Of a stretch of 58,008 nucleotides of DNA, positions 1 to 9,862 are shown piece by piece. The notes beneath the pieces are model-generated. The model saw only the letters and a list, made by a program, of their open reading frames with translations. It had not been told where the DNA came from and made no database searches. The stretch is taken from the NCBI GenBank assembly GCA_050696815.1, contig JBOGYW010000002.1:1-58008 (forward strand), in the 5' to 3' direction. Numbering within the stretch: the stretch's first letter is position 1; each line of letters starts with the position of its first letter. This stretch comes from Solirubrobacterales bacterium (GTDB lineage: Bacteria > Actinomycetota > Thermoleophilia > Solirubrobacterales > JACPNS01). The translations under genes and the position numbers were made by a program.

Positions 1-1298
1 GCCGGGTTCTCGTACTGATCGCCGCTGAGCCCGGCGATCACCGGCAGCACCGCGATCGCCATCAGCTGGCCGGTTCGTGCAACGGCGTTGTTGACCGCCG
101 ACGCCACGCCGGCCTCGTCCTGCGGCGCCGACGACAGCGCGGTCGACGTGACCGGCGCGACGATCAGCACCAGTCCAAAGCCAAACACGAGGATCGCCGG
201 CAGCACGCCGGTCAGATAGTCCACGCCCGGTTCGATCATCCGCATCATCAGCATCGCCACGGCGACGATCACCGGCCCGACGGTCAGCGGCAGCCGCGGC
301 CCGATGCGCTGCGACAGGCCACCGGCGCGCGAGCTCAGCAGCAGCAGGATGATCGTCACCGGCAGGCCCGCAATGCCGGCTTCGACCGGCGTGTAGCCGA
401 GGCCGATCTGCAGCATCAGGACGAGAAAGAAGAACACGCCGCCGAGCCCGGCATAGACGGAGAAGGTGATCAGGTTCGCCGCCACGAACGTCGGCGAGCG
501 GAAGATGCCGAGCGGCAGCATCGGATCTTTTGCGCGGCGTTCGACGAAGACGAAGGCGACACAGGCGGCCGCGCCCGCGGCGGCGGCCGCCAGCACGACC
601 GGCGAGCCCGCGCCGCGCTCCGGTCCTTCGATCAGCGCCCAGGACAGGCCGCCGAGCCCAACCGCGGCGAGCGTTGCGCCGGCGAAGTCGAGCGAGCCGG
701 TGACTTCGCGTCCACGCGTCTCGGGAACGTGACGTAGCCCGGCGAGAACGACGAATATGCCGAGCGGCAGGTTGAGGAAAAAGATCGCGCGCCAGCTGAC
801 GGCGTCGATCAGCCAGCCGCCGAGTGGCGGCCCGAAGGCCGTCGACGCGCCCGCCAGGCCCGACCACAGGCCGATCGCGCGGCCACGGTCGGCCTTCACG
901 AACGACGCCTCGATGATCGCCAGGCTGCCCGGCGTCAGCAGCGCGCCGCCGATCCCCTGCAAGAAGCGGCCGGCGATCAGCAGCTCCGAGCTCGGCGCCA
1001 GCCCGCACAGCATCGACGCGACCGTGAACCAGACCGTGCCGACGAGAAACGCCTTGCGCCGCCCGAAGCGATCGCCGAGCGACCCACCGAGGATGATCAG
1101 CGACGCCAGCGCCAGCATGTAGCCGTTGACGATCCACTGCAGATCGGCGAGTCCGGCGTCGAGGTCGCGGCCGATCGCCGGCAGCGCGATGTTCACGACC
1201 GATCCATCGAGGAACACGATGCAGGAGCCGAGCACGCAGACGGCGATCGTCCAGCGGCCGGGGCCGCTGTCGAGTGTCAGACCTGCTTGTTCCGTCAC
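1..1298 (-). CDS. MFS transporter, DHA2 (EmrB/QacA-like) family; 3' end runs off the window
   Basis: Absent from the ORF track because it is open at the window edge. My reverse-strand translation from GTG at 1298 reads VTEQAGLTLDSGPGRWTIAVCVLGSCIVFLDGSVVNIALPAIGRDL...LGGSLGDRFGRRKAFL...GRFLQGIGGALLTPGSLAII. This shows MFS motif A and a drug:H+ antiporter signature, and it is hydrophobic throughout. The + strand ORFs at 466..1344 are Arg/Pro/Ser-rich antisense artefacts. Confidence 0.8.
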   Translation of the reverse strand, partial: MTEQAGLTLDSGPGRWTIAVCVLGSCIVFLDGSVVNIALPAIGRDLDAGLADLQWIVNGYMLALASLIILGGSLGDRFGRRKAFLVGTVWFTVASMLCGLAPSSELLIAGRFLQGIGGALLTPGSLAIIEASFVKADRGRAIGLWSGLAGASTAFGPPLGGWLIDAVSWRAIFFLNLPLGIFVVLAGLRHVPETRGREVTGSLDFAGATLAAVGLGGLSWALIEGPERGAGSPVVLAAAAAGAAACVAFVFVERRAKDPMLPLGIFRSPTFVAANLITFSVYAGLGGVFFFLVLMLQIGLGYTPVEAGIAGLPVTIILLLLSSRAGGLSQRIGPRLPLTVGPVIVAVAMLMMRMIEPGVDYLTGVLPAILVFGFGLVLIVAPVTSTALSSAPQDEAGVASAVNNAVARTGQLMAIAVLPVIAGLSGDQYENP

Positions 1299-1368
1299 GT
1301 CAGGCACCTTACAATTCCCTTACAACTCCCGAACGGCCGACTAACGGGCGGCTCCGAGTATCAAACCT

Positions 1369-2067
1369 ATGGCAAAACGCGTTCTGATCGTCGAAGACGA
1401 ATTCAACATCGCGGACCTGATCCGTGTGTATCTCGAGGGCGACGGGTTTGAACCCGTCTGGGTCCAATCGGGCGAGGCAGCGCTCGATGAGGTCGCACGC
1501 CAGGGCTTCGATCTCGTCATTCTCGACATCGGGCTCCCCGGTATCGACGGCTTCGAAGTGTGCCGTCGTCTCCGTGCGCGTACCGCCATCCCGATTCTGA
1601 TGCTCACCGCGCGGGAGGACGAGATTGATCGCGTGGCTGGGCTCGAATCGGGGGCTGACGACTACGTCGTCAAGCCCTTCTCGCCGCGCGAGCTGGTTGC
1701 CCGCGTGAAGGCGATCCTTCGACGCGCGGGCGGCGGCGGCTCCTCGCTTGGCGGCAGCGTGCTGCGCGCCGGCGAAATCGAGCTCCGTCGCGACGCGCGC
1801 GAAGTGACGCTCGCCGGCGAGCCGATCGAATTGACAAACCGCGAGTTCGACCTGCTCGCGGCGCTGCTCTCCCACCCCAACGTCGCGCTGGCCCGCGACC
1901 GCCTGCTCGAAATCGTCTGGGGCGGCGAGTATCCCGGCGGCACGCGCACAGTCGACGTGCACGTCGCTCAGCTGCGCCGCAAGCTCGGCGACGCCAGCCC
2001 GATCAAGACGGTGCACGGCGTCGGCTACAAAATCGCCGCACCGCAGGCGGCGGAGACCCCGACTTGA
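1369..2067 (+). CDS. OmpR-family response regulator (receiver + winged-helix)
   Basis: Receiver domain: MAKRVLIVEDEFNIADLI...DLVILDIGLPGIDGFEV...LMLTAR. C-terminal trans_reg_C-like part: ELTNREFDLLAALLSHPNVALARDRLLEIVWG...RTVDVHVAQLRRKL...VHGVGYK. Divergent from the MFS gene. Confidence 0.92.
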   Translation: MAKRVLIVEDEFNIADLIRVYLEGDGFEPVWVQSGEAALDEVARQGFDLVILDIGLPGIDGFEVCRRLRARTAIPILMLTAREDEIDRVAGLESGADDYVVKPFSPRELVARVKAILRRAGGGGSSLGGSVLRAGEIELRRDAREVTLAGEPIELTNREFDLLAALLSHPNVALARDRLLEIVWGGEYPGGTRTVDVHVAQLRRKLGDASPIKTVHGVGYKIAAPQAAETPT

Positions 2068-3506
2068 TCCGCTCGCTGCGTGGCCGCGTCTTCGCCGCCA
2101 CGCTGATCGCCTCGGTCGCTGCGGTCGGCATCGCGCTGGCGATCGGCATCTTCACGACGCGCTCGGCGATCCGCGACTCGTACCGCCAAGAAGTGCTGCG
2201 CGAGGCGAGCGTCGTCGCCACCCAGGTGGCGCGGATCGGTGGCGCCGACCTCTCCCAACTGCCAGGCCCGCTCGCCGGCGGCGGCCCCGGCGGCGTCAAC
2301 AACGCCAACGATCCCTATGCCAACGGATCCGGCCCGGCCGGCGGCCGGCGCGGTGATCGTGAACCGGCGCCGCCGCGCGTGCTGATCGTCAGCGCCGCCG
2401 ACAGCGTGCTCGGCGGCGACTCCGCAAAAAAGTTGGCGCGCGGACACTCGATCAGCGGCATACGGACCTTCAACGGCGAACGCAGCGTGTTTGCCGCCGT
2501 GCCGCTCAGCAGCGGTCGCTACTACGTGCTGGCGGTCCGCCCCGACCGCATCGCCAGTGGCGACTACGGCAACTATCTGACAGGGCTGGTGCTCGCCGCG
2601 CTGATCGCGGCGGCGCTGTCCGCGGCGGCGGCGGCGTTGATCGCCCGGCGCATCACGCGGCCGATCGGTCAGGTCGTCGCGGCCAGTGCCGAGCTGGCGG
2701 CCGGGCGCACGCCTGAGCGCCTCGAAGTACCGGAAGAGACCGAGCTTGCCGAGCTGGCAACCACCTTCAACAACATGGCCGACCAGCTGGCGCACGCCCG
2801 CGAGGCCGAGCGCGTCGTGCTGATGTCGGCTTCACACGAGCTGCGCACGCCGCTGACCGCAATCAGCGGCTACGCCGAGGGCATCGAGGACGGCACGATC
2901 GACGCCAAGACCGGTTCGGCCGTGATCGTCAGCGAGTCGCAGCGGCTCGAACGCCTGGTGCAGGACCTGCTGGTGCTGGCGCGGCTCGAGCAGGGAACCT
3001 TCGAGACCCGTAGCGAGCAGGTCGACCTCGCGAAGGTCGCCGAGACCGCGCGCAGCAGACTGGCGCTACGGGCCGGCGAAGCCGGTGTGAACCTGCAGAC
3101 CCAGATCGCGCCCGGCGCGATCGCCGTTGCCGACTCCGACCGCGTGCTGCAGATCGTCACCAACCTGGTCGACAACGCCGTGCGGATCACGCCGCAGGGC
3201 GGCGACGTGACCGTCGCGGCGGCACCGGGTGAGATCGTCGTCAGCGACACGGGACCCGGCATCCCCGCGAGCGACCTGCCACACGTCTTCGAACGCTTCC
3301 ATCTGCGCAAGCGCCGCGGCATGGGCTCGCCCGACGGTTCGGGCATCGGCCTGGCGATCGCGCGCGAGCTGTCTGAGGCGATGGGCGGCTCGGTCGCAGT
3401 CCAGAGCAAAGAAGGCGAAGGCGCGCGCTTTACCGTGAGCCTGCGGCGCCCAGCTGCTGCAGCTCCGTCAGCGACTGCAGCATCTGCGCCCCCGCGGGCT
3501 TCTTGA
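2064..3506 (+). CDS. Sensor histidine kinase (TM-HAMP-HisKA-HATPase_c)
   Basis: 4-nt overlap with the regulator gene. H-box SASHELRTPLTAISGYAEG; N/G boxes QIVTNLVDNAVRITP, VSDTGPGIP, GSGIGLAIAREL. Two hydrophobic segments flank a periplasmic region. Confidence 0.9.
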   Translation: MIRSLRGRVFAATLIASVAAVGIALAIGIFTTRSAIRDSYRQEVLREASVVATQVARIGGADLSQLPGPLAGGGPGGVNNANDPYANGSGPAGGRRGDREPAPPRVLIVSAADSVLGGDSAKKLARGHSISGIRTFNGERSVFAAVPLSSGRYYVLAVRPDRIASGDYGNYLTGLVLAALIAAALSAAAAALIARRITRPIGQVVAASAELAAGRTPERLEVPEETELAELATTFNNMADQLAHAREAERVVLMSASHELRTPLTAISGYAEGIEDGTIDAKTGSAVIVSESQRLERLVQDLLVLARLEQGTFETRSEQVDLAKVAETARSRLALRAGEAGVNLQTQIAPGAIAVADSDRVLQIVTNLVDNAVRITPQGGDVTVAAAPGEIVVSDTGPGIPASDLPHVFERFHLRKRRGMGSPDGSGIGLAIARELSEAMGGSVAVQSKEGEGARFTVSLRRPAAAAPSATAASAPPRAS

Positions 3507-4290
3507 TCGCCGGCTGCGGCTGCCCTTGGTTGTACTCGTGGTACTGCAACGCGACGGCCATCGCGCCGGCGCCGAACAGCGCGATGTTCGCATTCAGCGA
3601 AACGTCCGTCAGAGCGCCGTTGTCGATCCCGAACCAAACCTGAGGGTCGCCGGCGAGCATCAGTTTGCAGACCTGTTCCAGCGACCCGCCGCCACTGAAG
3701 CCGGCGAGCGGCGACCCGCCGCCACCCGCTGCCGACATCTTCGACATCGCCTTGCCGAAGGCCGGCAGCACCGCTGAACAAAGCTTGTTGCGGCTGACGC
3801 GCGCTGCGATCGTCGTCACCGACTTGCCCTGGGCGTTCTGCATCGGCTGCGATTCGGCGAAGTGGCCGATCGCCTTGCCGAGCGCCCGATAGATCGCCGC
3901 CGAGTCGAGCGCCGAGGAACCGCGCTGCGCCTGCGGCACCGGCACGCCATAGGTGCCCTGCGGGGTCACCAGGTACATGTTGCCGTCGCCCGGCATCGAG
4001 ACGCCGCTGCTCTGGCCCTCGGCGACCATCGTCATCGTGAACATCGGGTTCGCCGGGTCACTGTTGTCGCTGGCGCCGGCGAACGTCATCGAAAATGACT
4101 TGCTGTCGTCGCCCGCGACCTTGAAGCCGACGCTGCCGGAGAAGGCGCGTGTCTTGTAGGCGGCAGTCTTCTCAAGCGCCTGAGCGACGTCGCGGCCTTT
4201 GCCCGTCCAGGTACAGCCGGCGAGCAGCAGCGCCGCGAGCAGCGCGAGCACGGCGGCGGCGAGCGCCTTTACTGCGCGTGTAGAAGCCAT
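3430..4290 (-). CDS. Lipoprotein of unknown function
   Basis: Signal peptide with lipobox: MASTRAVKALAAAVLALLAALLLAGC. The remainder is soluble-looking with no motif I recognise. Its 3' end overlaps the convergent kinase tail by 77 nt. Confidence 0.65.
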   Translation of the reverse strand: MASTRAVKALAAAVLALLAALLLAGCTWTGKGRDVAQALEKTAAYKTRAFSGSVGFKVAGDDSKSFSMTFAGASDNSDPANPMFTMTMVAEGQSSGVSMPGDGNMYLVTPQGTYGVPVPQAQRGSSALDSAAIYRALGKAIGHFAESQPMQNAQGKSVTTIAARVSRNKLCSAVLPAFGKAMSKMSAAGGGGSPLAGFSGGGSLEQVCKLMLAGDPQVWFGIDNGALTDVSLNANIALFGAGAMAVALQYHEYNQGQPQPAIKKPAGAQMLQSLTELQQLGAAGSR

Positions 4291-4331
4291 CGATTACGGC
4301 ATCGGCGCGCCTGCGGCGGCGCTTTACCGGC

Positions 4332-5468
4332 CTAGTCCAGCGCGCGGCTGAGCTGCGTTTGCGGCTCGATCGACCAGCGCTTGGCGATCTCGTCGAGTTC
4401 GTCGCCGATCGGCCAGCTGTCGGGCGCGATCTCGCCGTCGTTGTCCGGCGAACCACCCTTCAGCTTCATCGAGCCGGTGTTGTCGCCGATCGCCCGGATC
4501 TCATCGATCTCGACCGGGCAGAGCACTCCGTCTTCGTTTGACAACACCGCCAGCTCGGCGCGCTTGTCCTCGATCGACTTGGCTCCGCCGAGCTCCTCGA
4601 TCAGGGTCGGCGCGACGCACTTGACCGGTTCGTGCGAGAGGTTCCACAGGCAGGCGGTCTGCAGCAATGTCAACTTGTGCCGCTCGGCGATCGGACGCAC
4701 GCGGTCGAGCCGTTCGTTGCCGCGCTCGATCCAGCCATCGGGCCGGAACATCCGGTGGTCGCGCTCGGGAAACTCATGCCCCGGGCGGACATCGTCGTGG
4801 AACAGCCCGCCGTAGTCGACGACGCGCGTGATCAGCTTCACGTCGTGCTCGACGGCCGCCGGCAGCACCAGCTCGCCCGGCCACGGCTCGAACGGGTTGA
4901 GGATCACCATCGACCAGTCGATCAGCGCGCCGAAGCGCTCGAAGCATTCGATCAGGTCGAGCGTAAAGCCGTTTGCCGGCCCCGGGGCGACGCCCAGCAG
5001 GCGCGTCAAACCGGCGTCGCGCACCGCCGCCATGCCGCTCCAAACGGCTTCGCTCGTGTAACCGGTGCGGTCCGGGTTGTGCAGCATCAACAGGTCGAAG
5101 CTGTCCACGCCGAGCCGCTCGAGGCTGCGCTCGGTCGCCATGCGGATGTAGTCGGCGTAGTCGTCCGGGCCGCGCAGCGCGGCGTCGGTGAAGCGCGGGA
5201 AGCCCTTCGCGCCGGCGCGCTCGCCCTCGTAGAAGTCGTGGCCGATCGCACCGACCAGGCAGTAGCTGTCGCGCGGCAGCCCGGCGAGCGCCTCACCGGC
5301 GAGTTTGTCGGCGTCGCCGGCGCCGTAAGCGTCGGCGGTGATCAGCGTCCGGATCTGCGCGTCGGGGCGCAGCAAAGCGACCAAGCGGTCACGCTCGATT
5401 GCCGCTCCGAAGTTCATGTAGGCGCCGCCACTCCATGTGCCGAGCGCCGTGCGTGTCGGGTCGATCAT
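4332..5468 (-). CDS. Aldo/keto reductase family oxidoreductase
   Basis: LITADAYGAGDADKLAGEAL...SLERLGVDSFDLLMLHNPD...AVRDAGLTRLLGVA. This is the typical AKR D-Y-K-H scaffold arrangement. Confidence 0.85.
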   Translation of the reverse strand: MIDPTRTALGTWSGGAYMNFGAAIERDRLVALLRPDAQIRTLITADAYGAGDADKLAGEALAGLPRDSYCLVGAIGHDFYEGERAGAKGFPRFTDAALRGPDDYADYIRMATERSLERLGVDSFDLLMLHNPDRTGYTSEAVWSGMAAVRDAGLTRLLGVAPGPANGFTLDLIECFERFGALIDWSMVILNPFEPWPGELVLPAAVEHDVKLITRVVDYGGLFHDDVRPGHEFPERDHRMFRPDGWIERGNERLDRVRPIAERHKLTLLQTACLWNLSHEPVKCVAPTLIEELGGAKSIEDKRAELAVLSNEDGVLCPVEIDEIRAIGDNTGSMKLKGGSPDNDGEIAPDSWPIGDELDEIAKRWSIEPQTQLSRALD

Positions 5469-5499
5469 CGCCCGAAAAGATAGCCCGCGCCCGTCGGCG

Positions 5500-6396
5500 C
5501 TAGAGCACGTCGAGCAAGTACAAGGCGTTGAGCAACTTGCCCACGTTCTTACGCGTGACCTTGTGTGCGTGCGGCAGGCGCTTGACCGAAACCAGCTCGT
5601 TGACGTCGGTGAACTCGAAGTCGCCGATCAGCTCATAGCCCTGCGTGGTCAGCGCTGAGGGCGCTTCCACATGCACCGTGCGCATCACGTTTTCGGCGTC
5701 GATTCCGAAGGTGATCCGCGGAAGCTGCTCGCCCGCCGGGGTCGCGTCCGCCCATCCGGTGGGGTCGGACACATAGAGGTGATACGCGCCGTCGTAGACG
5801 ACCTTCGACATGTTCGGCAGCACCGTTTGCGCAAGCGAGGAGAACGGCACCGCGGCGGAGTAAAGCTCGATCGCGACCCCGTCGCTGGTTGTCGAGGGAC
5901 CGTCGTCACGCCAATCCGACAGCGGTGCGACGATCTTGTCGACCAGCGCCAACGGGTCGGCCGCGTGTTTCGCGTGGAACATCCGGTACCAGGAGTCGGC
6001 ATTGATCGGCATGCGGTAGTTCGTACCGCTGGCACGGACGTAGTAGACGCGCTTCAAAGCGACCAGACGGATGAAGAACTTCGCGGCGGACACCGAGATC
6101 GAGTAGTCGCTGCTGAAGCGCCTGTGATTGCCGAGGTTGAAGATGCCGGTCATCTGGTTGACCGAGATCACACGCCGCTTATTGCGGAGGCCACGCTCGG
6201 ACATCGTCGCCGTGAAGCGGCCGGACTCGATCGTCGGGTCGGTCGTGACCAAACCGGCGCGCACAGCCTCGAGCGGGTCGGTCGCATTCGCCACCGGAGC
6301 CGCCACCGCGACGGCGACTACCACGCCCGCCAAAACGAGCAGCATCCTTGCCCTCAAAGTCATAACCCGTGTTTCGGCATCCGGCGCCACGAACAC
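5500..6396 (-). CDS. Secreted hypothetical protein
   Basis: Signal-peptide-like N-terminus (MTLRARMLLVLAGVVVAVAVAAPVANA). The start may be the internal ATG at 6363 rather than GTG 6396. No recognisable catalytic motif. Confidence 0.55.
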   Translation of the reverse strand: MFVAPDAETRVMTLRARMLLVLAGVVVAVAVAAPVANATDPLEAVRAGLVTTDPTIESGRFTATMSERGLRNKRRVISVNQMTGIFNLGNHRRFSSDYSISVSAAKFFIRLVALKRVYYVRASGTNYRMPINADSWYRMFHAKHAADPLALVDKIVAPLSDWRDDGPSTTSDGVAIELYSAAVPFSSLAQTVLPNMSKVVYDGAYHLYVSDPTGWADATPAGEQLPRITFGIDAENVMRTVHVEAPSALTTQGYELIGDFEFTDVNELVSVKRLPHAHKVTRKNVGKLLNALYLLDVL

Positions 6397-6410
6397 AAGC
6401 GAAAAAGTCG

Positions 6411-7088
6411 CTAAAAGCGCGTCGCTTCCTCGAACGGCTCGATCAGCTCCGGCCCTTCGTTGTCGGCGTTTCCGACTGCCGGGGCCACCGCGCGCGCCGT
6501 CATCTCGGTCGACGGAAACGGCTGCAGGGCAGCGAGCGCCTGCTGCGTGTCGTCACCCAGCCACTGCCCGACCTGATCGGGCGTGAGCATCGCCGGCATC
6601 CGGTCGTGCACTCCGGCAACGAGATCGTTCGGCTCGAGCGTGATGATCGCGCAGGAGTCGGTGCCGCCTTCGCCGGTACCGGACTGGAAGAGCCCCGCGA
6701 ACGCGAAGCCCTCGCCGCAGGTTCGCGAGAACCAGTACGGCCGTTTGCGCGCGCCCTTGCCCTCGGCCGCGCGCCACTCGTAGAAGCCGTCGGCCGGGAT
6801 CGCGCAGCGCCCGTCGTCGAGCAGCGCATTCCAGAACCCCGAGCCGGCCAGAGTCTCGGCGCGCGCGTTGATCAGCATCGGCGGGCCGCCCTTCCAGGTC
6901 GACTTGACACCCCAGTGCATCGACTCCGCGACCGTCGAGCCGCCGGCGCCACGGGTCAGCGCAAGCACCATCTGGCCCGGCGCGATGTTGTAGCGCGGCC
7001 GTTTGACGAGGTCGCCGACGCTCGCGAGGTCGGTGTGAAAGGCCGGATCGACCCAGTCGAACGTGCCAAGGGTGTATCTGCCGCACAT
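6411..7088 (-). CDS. SOS-response-associated peptidase (SRAP / YedK-HMCES family)
   Basis: M-C-G-R-Y N-terminus plus RYNIAPGQ, HWGV, INARAET, IPADGFYEW, RMPA motifs. I place the start at the ATG giving Met-Cys (7088), not the track start at 7097, because the family uses Cys2 as nucleophile. Confidence 0.85.
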   Translation of the reverse strand: MCGRYTLGTFDWVDPAFHTDLASVGDLVKRPRYNIAPGQMVLALTRGAGGSTVAESMHWGVKSTWKGGPPMLINARAETLAGSGFWNALLDDGRCAIPADGFYEWRAAEGKGARKRPYWFSRTCGEGFAFAGLFQSGTGEGGTDSCAIITLEPNDLVAGVHDRMPAMLTPDQVGQWLGDDTQQALAALQPFPSTEMTARAVAPAVGNADNEGPELIEPFEEATRF

Positions 7089-7578
7089 GGGGCGCAATTT
7101 AGCCAGTCACCGGCGCGAGCGAGGCGGGACGCATCGACCGATGGATCGGCGTAGCATGAATCTTCCGGCTGCGCGATCACATTCGAGATCGCACATTCCA
7201 GCCCCACCACCACCGCCGATCCACCAAGCCCCCCGGTGAATACGGCGGATCGCAATCGCCAACAACCCGCAATCGCAGACGCGCGCCGCGCCAGCACCGC
7301 AGAGTCAGCAGGCTGAACCTTCAGATCGCCGCGACTCGCGTGTTGGCGGTGCGGCGGCGGACGCGGAGGAGTCCTAATAATTCGTTAATGCGTTGATCGC
7401 CTGCGCTAAACCGCGGTTGGTCACACTGCTTGCACTGAGTCTTCTGCAATTCGTCGCGGGACGCTTTCCCAAGCAAACCGCAGCCGTTCGAGCCGGCCAT
7501 GACGATGGCGCAAGGACTAGTGACATCGCAGGCAGATCCCCAACTCCCCCCTGCCGAGCGAATGGCAAACCGAGGAGC

Positions 7579-7616
7579 AAACAACAAGGGCGACCGAGAG
7601 GTCGCCCTTGTTGTTT
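7579..7616 (-). terminator. Intrinsic terminator hairpin downstream of the cupredoxin gene (potentially bidirectional)
   Basis: Perfect 14-bp stem CAACAAGGGCGACC / GGTCGCCCTTGTTG (7582-7595 / 7600-7613) with a GAGA loop, extendable by A:T pairs. T-rich flanks on both strands (TTTCTTT on +, TTGTTTG on -). Lies 23 nt after the TAG of the 7639..8091 gene. Confidence 0.75.
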
Positions 7617-7638
7617 CTTTAGATTCTCGATCTGCCCG

Positions 7639-8091
7639 CTATTTGACGGTCAGCGTCCCCTTCATGCCGGCCTGCTCGTGACCGGGCACGCTGCAGAAGA
7701 ACGTGTAGTCGCCCGCCTTGAGGCCCTTGAGGTCCAACGTGGCGCTCGACTTGGTGATGTCGTCGGTCGCACCGAGCTTCTTGCCGGAGGCGTCCTCAAC
7801 GGTGACGTTGTGCGGTGTCGACGAGTCGTTCGTGAAGTCGATCGATACGTCGCCCGCGCCGGCGCTGAGCGAGGTCTCCTCGTACTTCAACCCGCCGCTC
7901 GGGTCGGCAGCCAACGCGACAGCGCCGCCGGACGATTTCTTTTCCGTCGACTGCGTTGCACCCTGGTCGGTCTGATCCGACTGCTGAGGGTTGTTGTCGG
8001 TCGTGTTCGTGTTGTCTTGCGCGCAACCCGCGAGCGCCAACACGAGCGCGCCGAGAATCGCGAGTACGGACAGTTTCTGCTTGCGCATCAA
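7639..8091 (-). CDS. Cupredoxin (plastocyanin/azurin-like type-1 copper) lipoprotein
   Basis: Lipobox LVLALAGC, a low-complexity linker, then HNVTV...FFCSVPGHEQAGM, the His...Cys-x4-His-x4-Met blue-copper ligand pattern. Confidence 0.85.
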   Translation of the reverse strand: MMRKQKLSVLAILGALVLALAGCAQDNTNTTDNNPQQSDQTDQGATQSTEKKSSGGAVALAADPSGGLKYEETSLSAGAGDVSIDFTNDSSTPHNVTVEDASGKKLGATDDITKSSATLDLKGLKAGDYTFFCSVPGHEQAGMKGTLTVK

Positions 8092-8172
8092 GCCCTACCT
8101 CTCTAGACGGGATGGTCAGCTACTTAGTATCACGGACCGCCGAGCGAAAACTCCACTGGCGCGCCGACTGTC

Positions 8173-8709
8173 ATGCGTGTTATCTTGCGGCCGATCGTGA
8201 GTGACAGACCTCAGAGCGACGGGGCATCACCGCTGGTCGGCGTGATCATGGGATCTCAGTCGGACTGGGAGACGCTCGCTGCCGCAGCCGAGACGCTCGA
8301 AGCACTTGGCATCGAGCACGAGGTCAAGATCGTCTCCGCGCACCGCACGCCCGACCGCCTGTTCGAATACGCCGAGTCGGCCCGCGCCCGCGGCATCGAA
8401 GTGATCATCGCCGGCGCCGGTGGCGCCGCGCACCTTCCGGGCATGGTCGCTGCAAAGACTTCTCTGCCCGTGCTCGGTGTTCCGGTCGAGTCGAAGGCCC
8501 TGAGTGGGATGGACTCCTTGCTGTCGATCGCCCAGATGCCGGCCGGCATACCGGTCGGGACCCTTGCGATCGGTCAGGCCGGCGCGACCAATGCCGCCCT
8601 GCTCGCCGCGTCGATCCTCGCCGGCGGCAGGCCCGAGGTGCTCGCCGCGCTCGACGCGCGGCGCGCGGCCCAGACCGCCGCGGTCGCCGAAGAGCCAGAG
8701 CGCGACTGA
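8173..8709 (+). CDS. purE: N5-carboxyaminoimidazole ribonucleotide mutase
   Basis: [14 protein letters not shown]...[12 protein letters not shown]...[17 protein letters not shown]...PVLGVPV...[20 protein letters not shown]. Start is uncertain; GTG at 8197 is also possible. Confidence 0.9.
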   Translation: MRVILRPIVSDRPQSDGASPLVGVIMGSQSDWETLAAAAETLEALGIEHEVKIVSAHRTPDRLFEYAESARARGIEVIIAGAGGAAHLPGMVAAKTSLPVLGVPVESKALSGMDSLLSIAQMPAGIPVGTLAIGQAGATNAALLAASILAGGRPEVLAALDARRAAQTAAVAEEPERD

Positions 8710-8713
8710 CCTC

Positions 8714-9811
<1,098 letters not shown>

Positions 9812-9862
9812 CGAGCTGCTTTGAGTCTCCCCAGAGACTCGGGCTTGATCAGCCGGTGACGA

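Noticed and set aside
3430-3506. 77-nt convergent overlap of the kinase and lipoprotein 3' ends, as a possible mis-annotation or antisense regulatory feature
   Set aside because: The kinase catalytic domain ends near 3440, and its tail (RRPAAAAPSATAASAPPRAS) is read-through to the first available stop. Such overlaps are expected where stop codons are rare in high-GC DNA.
7321-7587. 88-aa minus-strand ORF with a CxxC (…CGLLGKASRDELQKTQCKQCDQPRF…)
   Set aside because: It has no Shine-Dalgarno sequence, its codon usage is foreign to the window (TTA TTA, ATT, CAA), and its ends are Arg/Ala-rich. It is kept only as part of the 'unexplained gap' finding.
7570-7625. tmRNA-like tag reading frame (…ANNKGDREVALVVSL) and a TCCACCA-like string nearby (about 7220-7232)
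   Set aside because: There is no GGGGCUGA-type 5' end and no T-arm/acceptor pairing. The tag does not end in the usual …ALAA/…VAA followed by a stop. The 'tag' is simply the terminator hairpin read as codons.
8092-8240. ZTP (pfl) riboswitch upstream of purE
   Set aside because: Only a weak CTGTCA…TGACAG hairpin is present. The conserved GGGUCGUG…CCGCCUGGGC elements are absent.
8504-8713. N-terminal 70 aa of track ORF 8504..9811
   Set aside because: It overlaps purE out of frame and is Arg/Pro/Ser-rich. The ATP-grasp PurK sequence starts at GTG 8714.
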